Below are positions 62,804 through 64,000 of a DNA stretch of 64,000 nt, piece by piece; within the stretch, counting starts at the first letter, position 1; each line of letters begins with the position of its first letter. The notes beneath the pieces were generated by a model. That model was not told the DNA's origin and made no database searches. It worked only from the letters and a program-made list of their open reading frames with translations. This DNA comes from Nitrosopumilus sp. (GTDB lineage Archaea; Thermoproteota; Nitrososphaeria; Nitrososphaerales; Nitrosopumilaceae), in NCBI GenBank assembly GCA_965223425.1, contig OZ245003.1:1536001-1600000 (forward strand), read 5' to 3'. Made by a program: the position numbers and the translations under genes.

Positions 62804-63253
62804 ATGTCGTCAAATCCTTGTAAATATACAATGCCATTGAATGAATCAAAGTTTGTAGTCTCCTATGGCGGCGGTGTGAACTCCACTGCAATGATAATAT
62901 GGCTAATCACCCACAAAAGGCCGATTGACTGTGTCATATTTTCAGATACCGGAAACGAGGTGCCTGAAACCTACAAATACATAGAACGGCACATGGGGCC
63001 GTATCTGGAAAAACGCAACATTCCGTTTGTTGCAGTATACAACTATTCAAAAATATCCCTGTGGGCAAAATGCATGGTAAGAAGGGTATTCCCCGACACG
63101 TACCGCAGATGGTGCACAGGGGATTTCGAGGTACGACCAATACGCCGATTCTACCGGACTCAAAAAAACGGTTCTGTAACGTTGTTGGTACATGAGATAT
63201 GGATCAAACCTACTTATATAATACACGTGTGTTTACTAAACGATAGAAAATGA
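62804..63253 (+). pseudogene. PAPS-reductase-family (PP-loop) protein, probably C-terminally truncated
   Basis: VSYGGGVNSTAM, DTGNEVPETY, RWCT; resemblance ends after RPIRRFYR. Confidence 0.72.
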
Positions 63254-63447
63254 AGAGTGTGTTTAGATTCTGGGATAATATTTTTATCGAATTTGCTTTA
63301 TTGATATCTTTGTTAACAGCTGGCATTATGGTTGCCATGCAATATGGTATCAATGACGTGTATTCAGTTCTTGCAATAGTTGCAATTTTTGCCATTGCAT
63401 CACTGTTTATGATTCGTACATGTGCGTATATTGTATATCAACATTGA
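63250..63447 (+). CDS. Small two-TM protein
   Basis: Hydrophobic 65-aa ORF. Confidence 0.5.
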   Translation: MKSVFRFWDNIFIEFALLISLLTAGIMVAMQYGINDVYSVLAIVAIFAIASLFMIRTCAYIVYQH

Positions 63448-63549
63448 TCAACAGATACCATTAGCATACATATATCCCATGTACCGACAACGTTATAGAA
63501 CCAAAAAAACAAAAAACACTTATCCCTCCACCATTAATAAAAAACAAGA

Positions 63550-64000
63550 TTGAAAAAGATAACCGCCAATCCGATATCCTACCGCCTCAAGGAGGTTCCG
63601 ATTAATTCCGTAACTGTCTGGGACGAGGCGCAGTCAAGGACACTTGATCATGACGGCATATCCTCACTTGCAAAATCTATCCAGCAGGAGGGACTGCAGA
63701 ACCCTCCAATGGTGCAGAGAAATGGCAAAGATGAGTACCTGCTGATGGCAGGACAGAGAAGGCTGGAGGCGCTCAAAAAGCTCGGCGCCAAGACCATTCC
63801 CGTACTCGTACTTGATAATGACAGTGCCTGTGACATAATTGACGCAAAGGCAGTATCTGTGATAGAGAACGTACACAGAAAGGAGATGAACCCGTCGGAC
63901 ATGACAGCATCATGCCAGTTTTTGGTGGAAAAACTTGGCAGGGCAGATGCCGCAAGGGCCCTTGGGATAAAGTCCTCCACTCTGCGCGAGCACCTCGGAT
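63550..64000 (+). CDS. ParB/RepB/Spo0J-family protein (runs off window end; not in ORF track)
   Basis: Manual translation from TTG 63550: ...LAKSIQQEGLQNPP...LMAGQRRLEALKKLG...IENVHRKEMNP...AARALGIKSSTLR. Confidence 0.88.
   Translation, partial: MKKITANPISYRLKEVPINSVTVWDEAQSRTLDHDGISSLAKSIQQEGLQNPPMVQRNGKDEYLLMAGQRRLEALKKLGAKTIPVLVLDNDSACDIIDAKAVSVIENVHRKEMNPSDMTASCQFLVEKLGRADAARALGIKSSTLREHLG

Larger units (their letters stand above)
43050..64000. mobile_element. Integrated provirus- or plasmid-like element (right end beyond window)
   Basis: Tyrosine recombinase at the left edge, visible rise in GC, long run of small overlapping Cys-rich ORFs, SSAP-like, ParB-like, MT-A70, DUF4326 and PAPS-reductase genes; att sites not found, so boundaries are approximate. 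Confidence 0.8.

Noticed and set aside
43050-64000. Retron, DGR or group II intron in the element
   Set aside because: No reverse transcriptase motif (YxDD in RT context) and no template/variable repeat pair with A-specific mismatches was seen.

Overview
Archaeal chromosome segment of a Nitrosopumilus-like ammonia oxidiser (Nitrososphaerota), inferred from gene content (CdvA, ThyX, proteasome beta subunit, CofE, Thi4, PEF-CTERM protein). Positions 1-43,000 are mostly housekeeping genes, including a sulfur-assimilation/thiamine cluster, a collagen-like protein and a histone-H1-like repeat protein. Small accessory patches interrupt them: two MITE families, an ISH3/IS4-like transposase remnant with a MazEF-type pair, and a MITE-flanked fragment next to tRNA-Thr. 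From about 43,050 to the window end lies an integrated provirus- or plasmid-like element with a tyrosine recombinase; no capsid genes or att sites are visible. Its most unusual parts are: (i) a predicted single-pass membrane protein with an extracellular domain and a cytoplasmic PIN nuclease domain, next to a soluble PIN paralogue, with a duplicated ~100-bp element upstream of each unit; (ii) a tRNA-like gene with a GAA (Phe) anticodon on a Ser-type body, in two diverged copies; (iii) four ParB-like units, one joined to an MT-A70 methyltransferase, among nucleotide-handling genes; (iv) a ~500-nt highly base-paired region inside the early operon. All calls come from reading the sequence and motifs by eye; no database searches were run.
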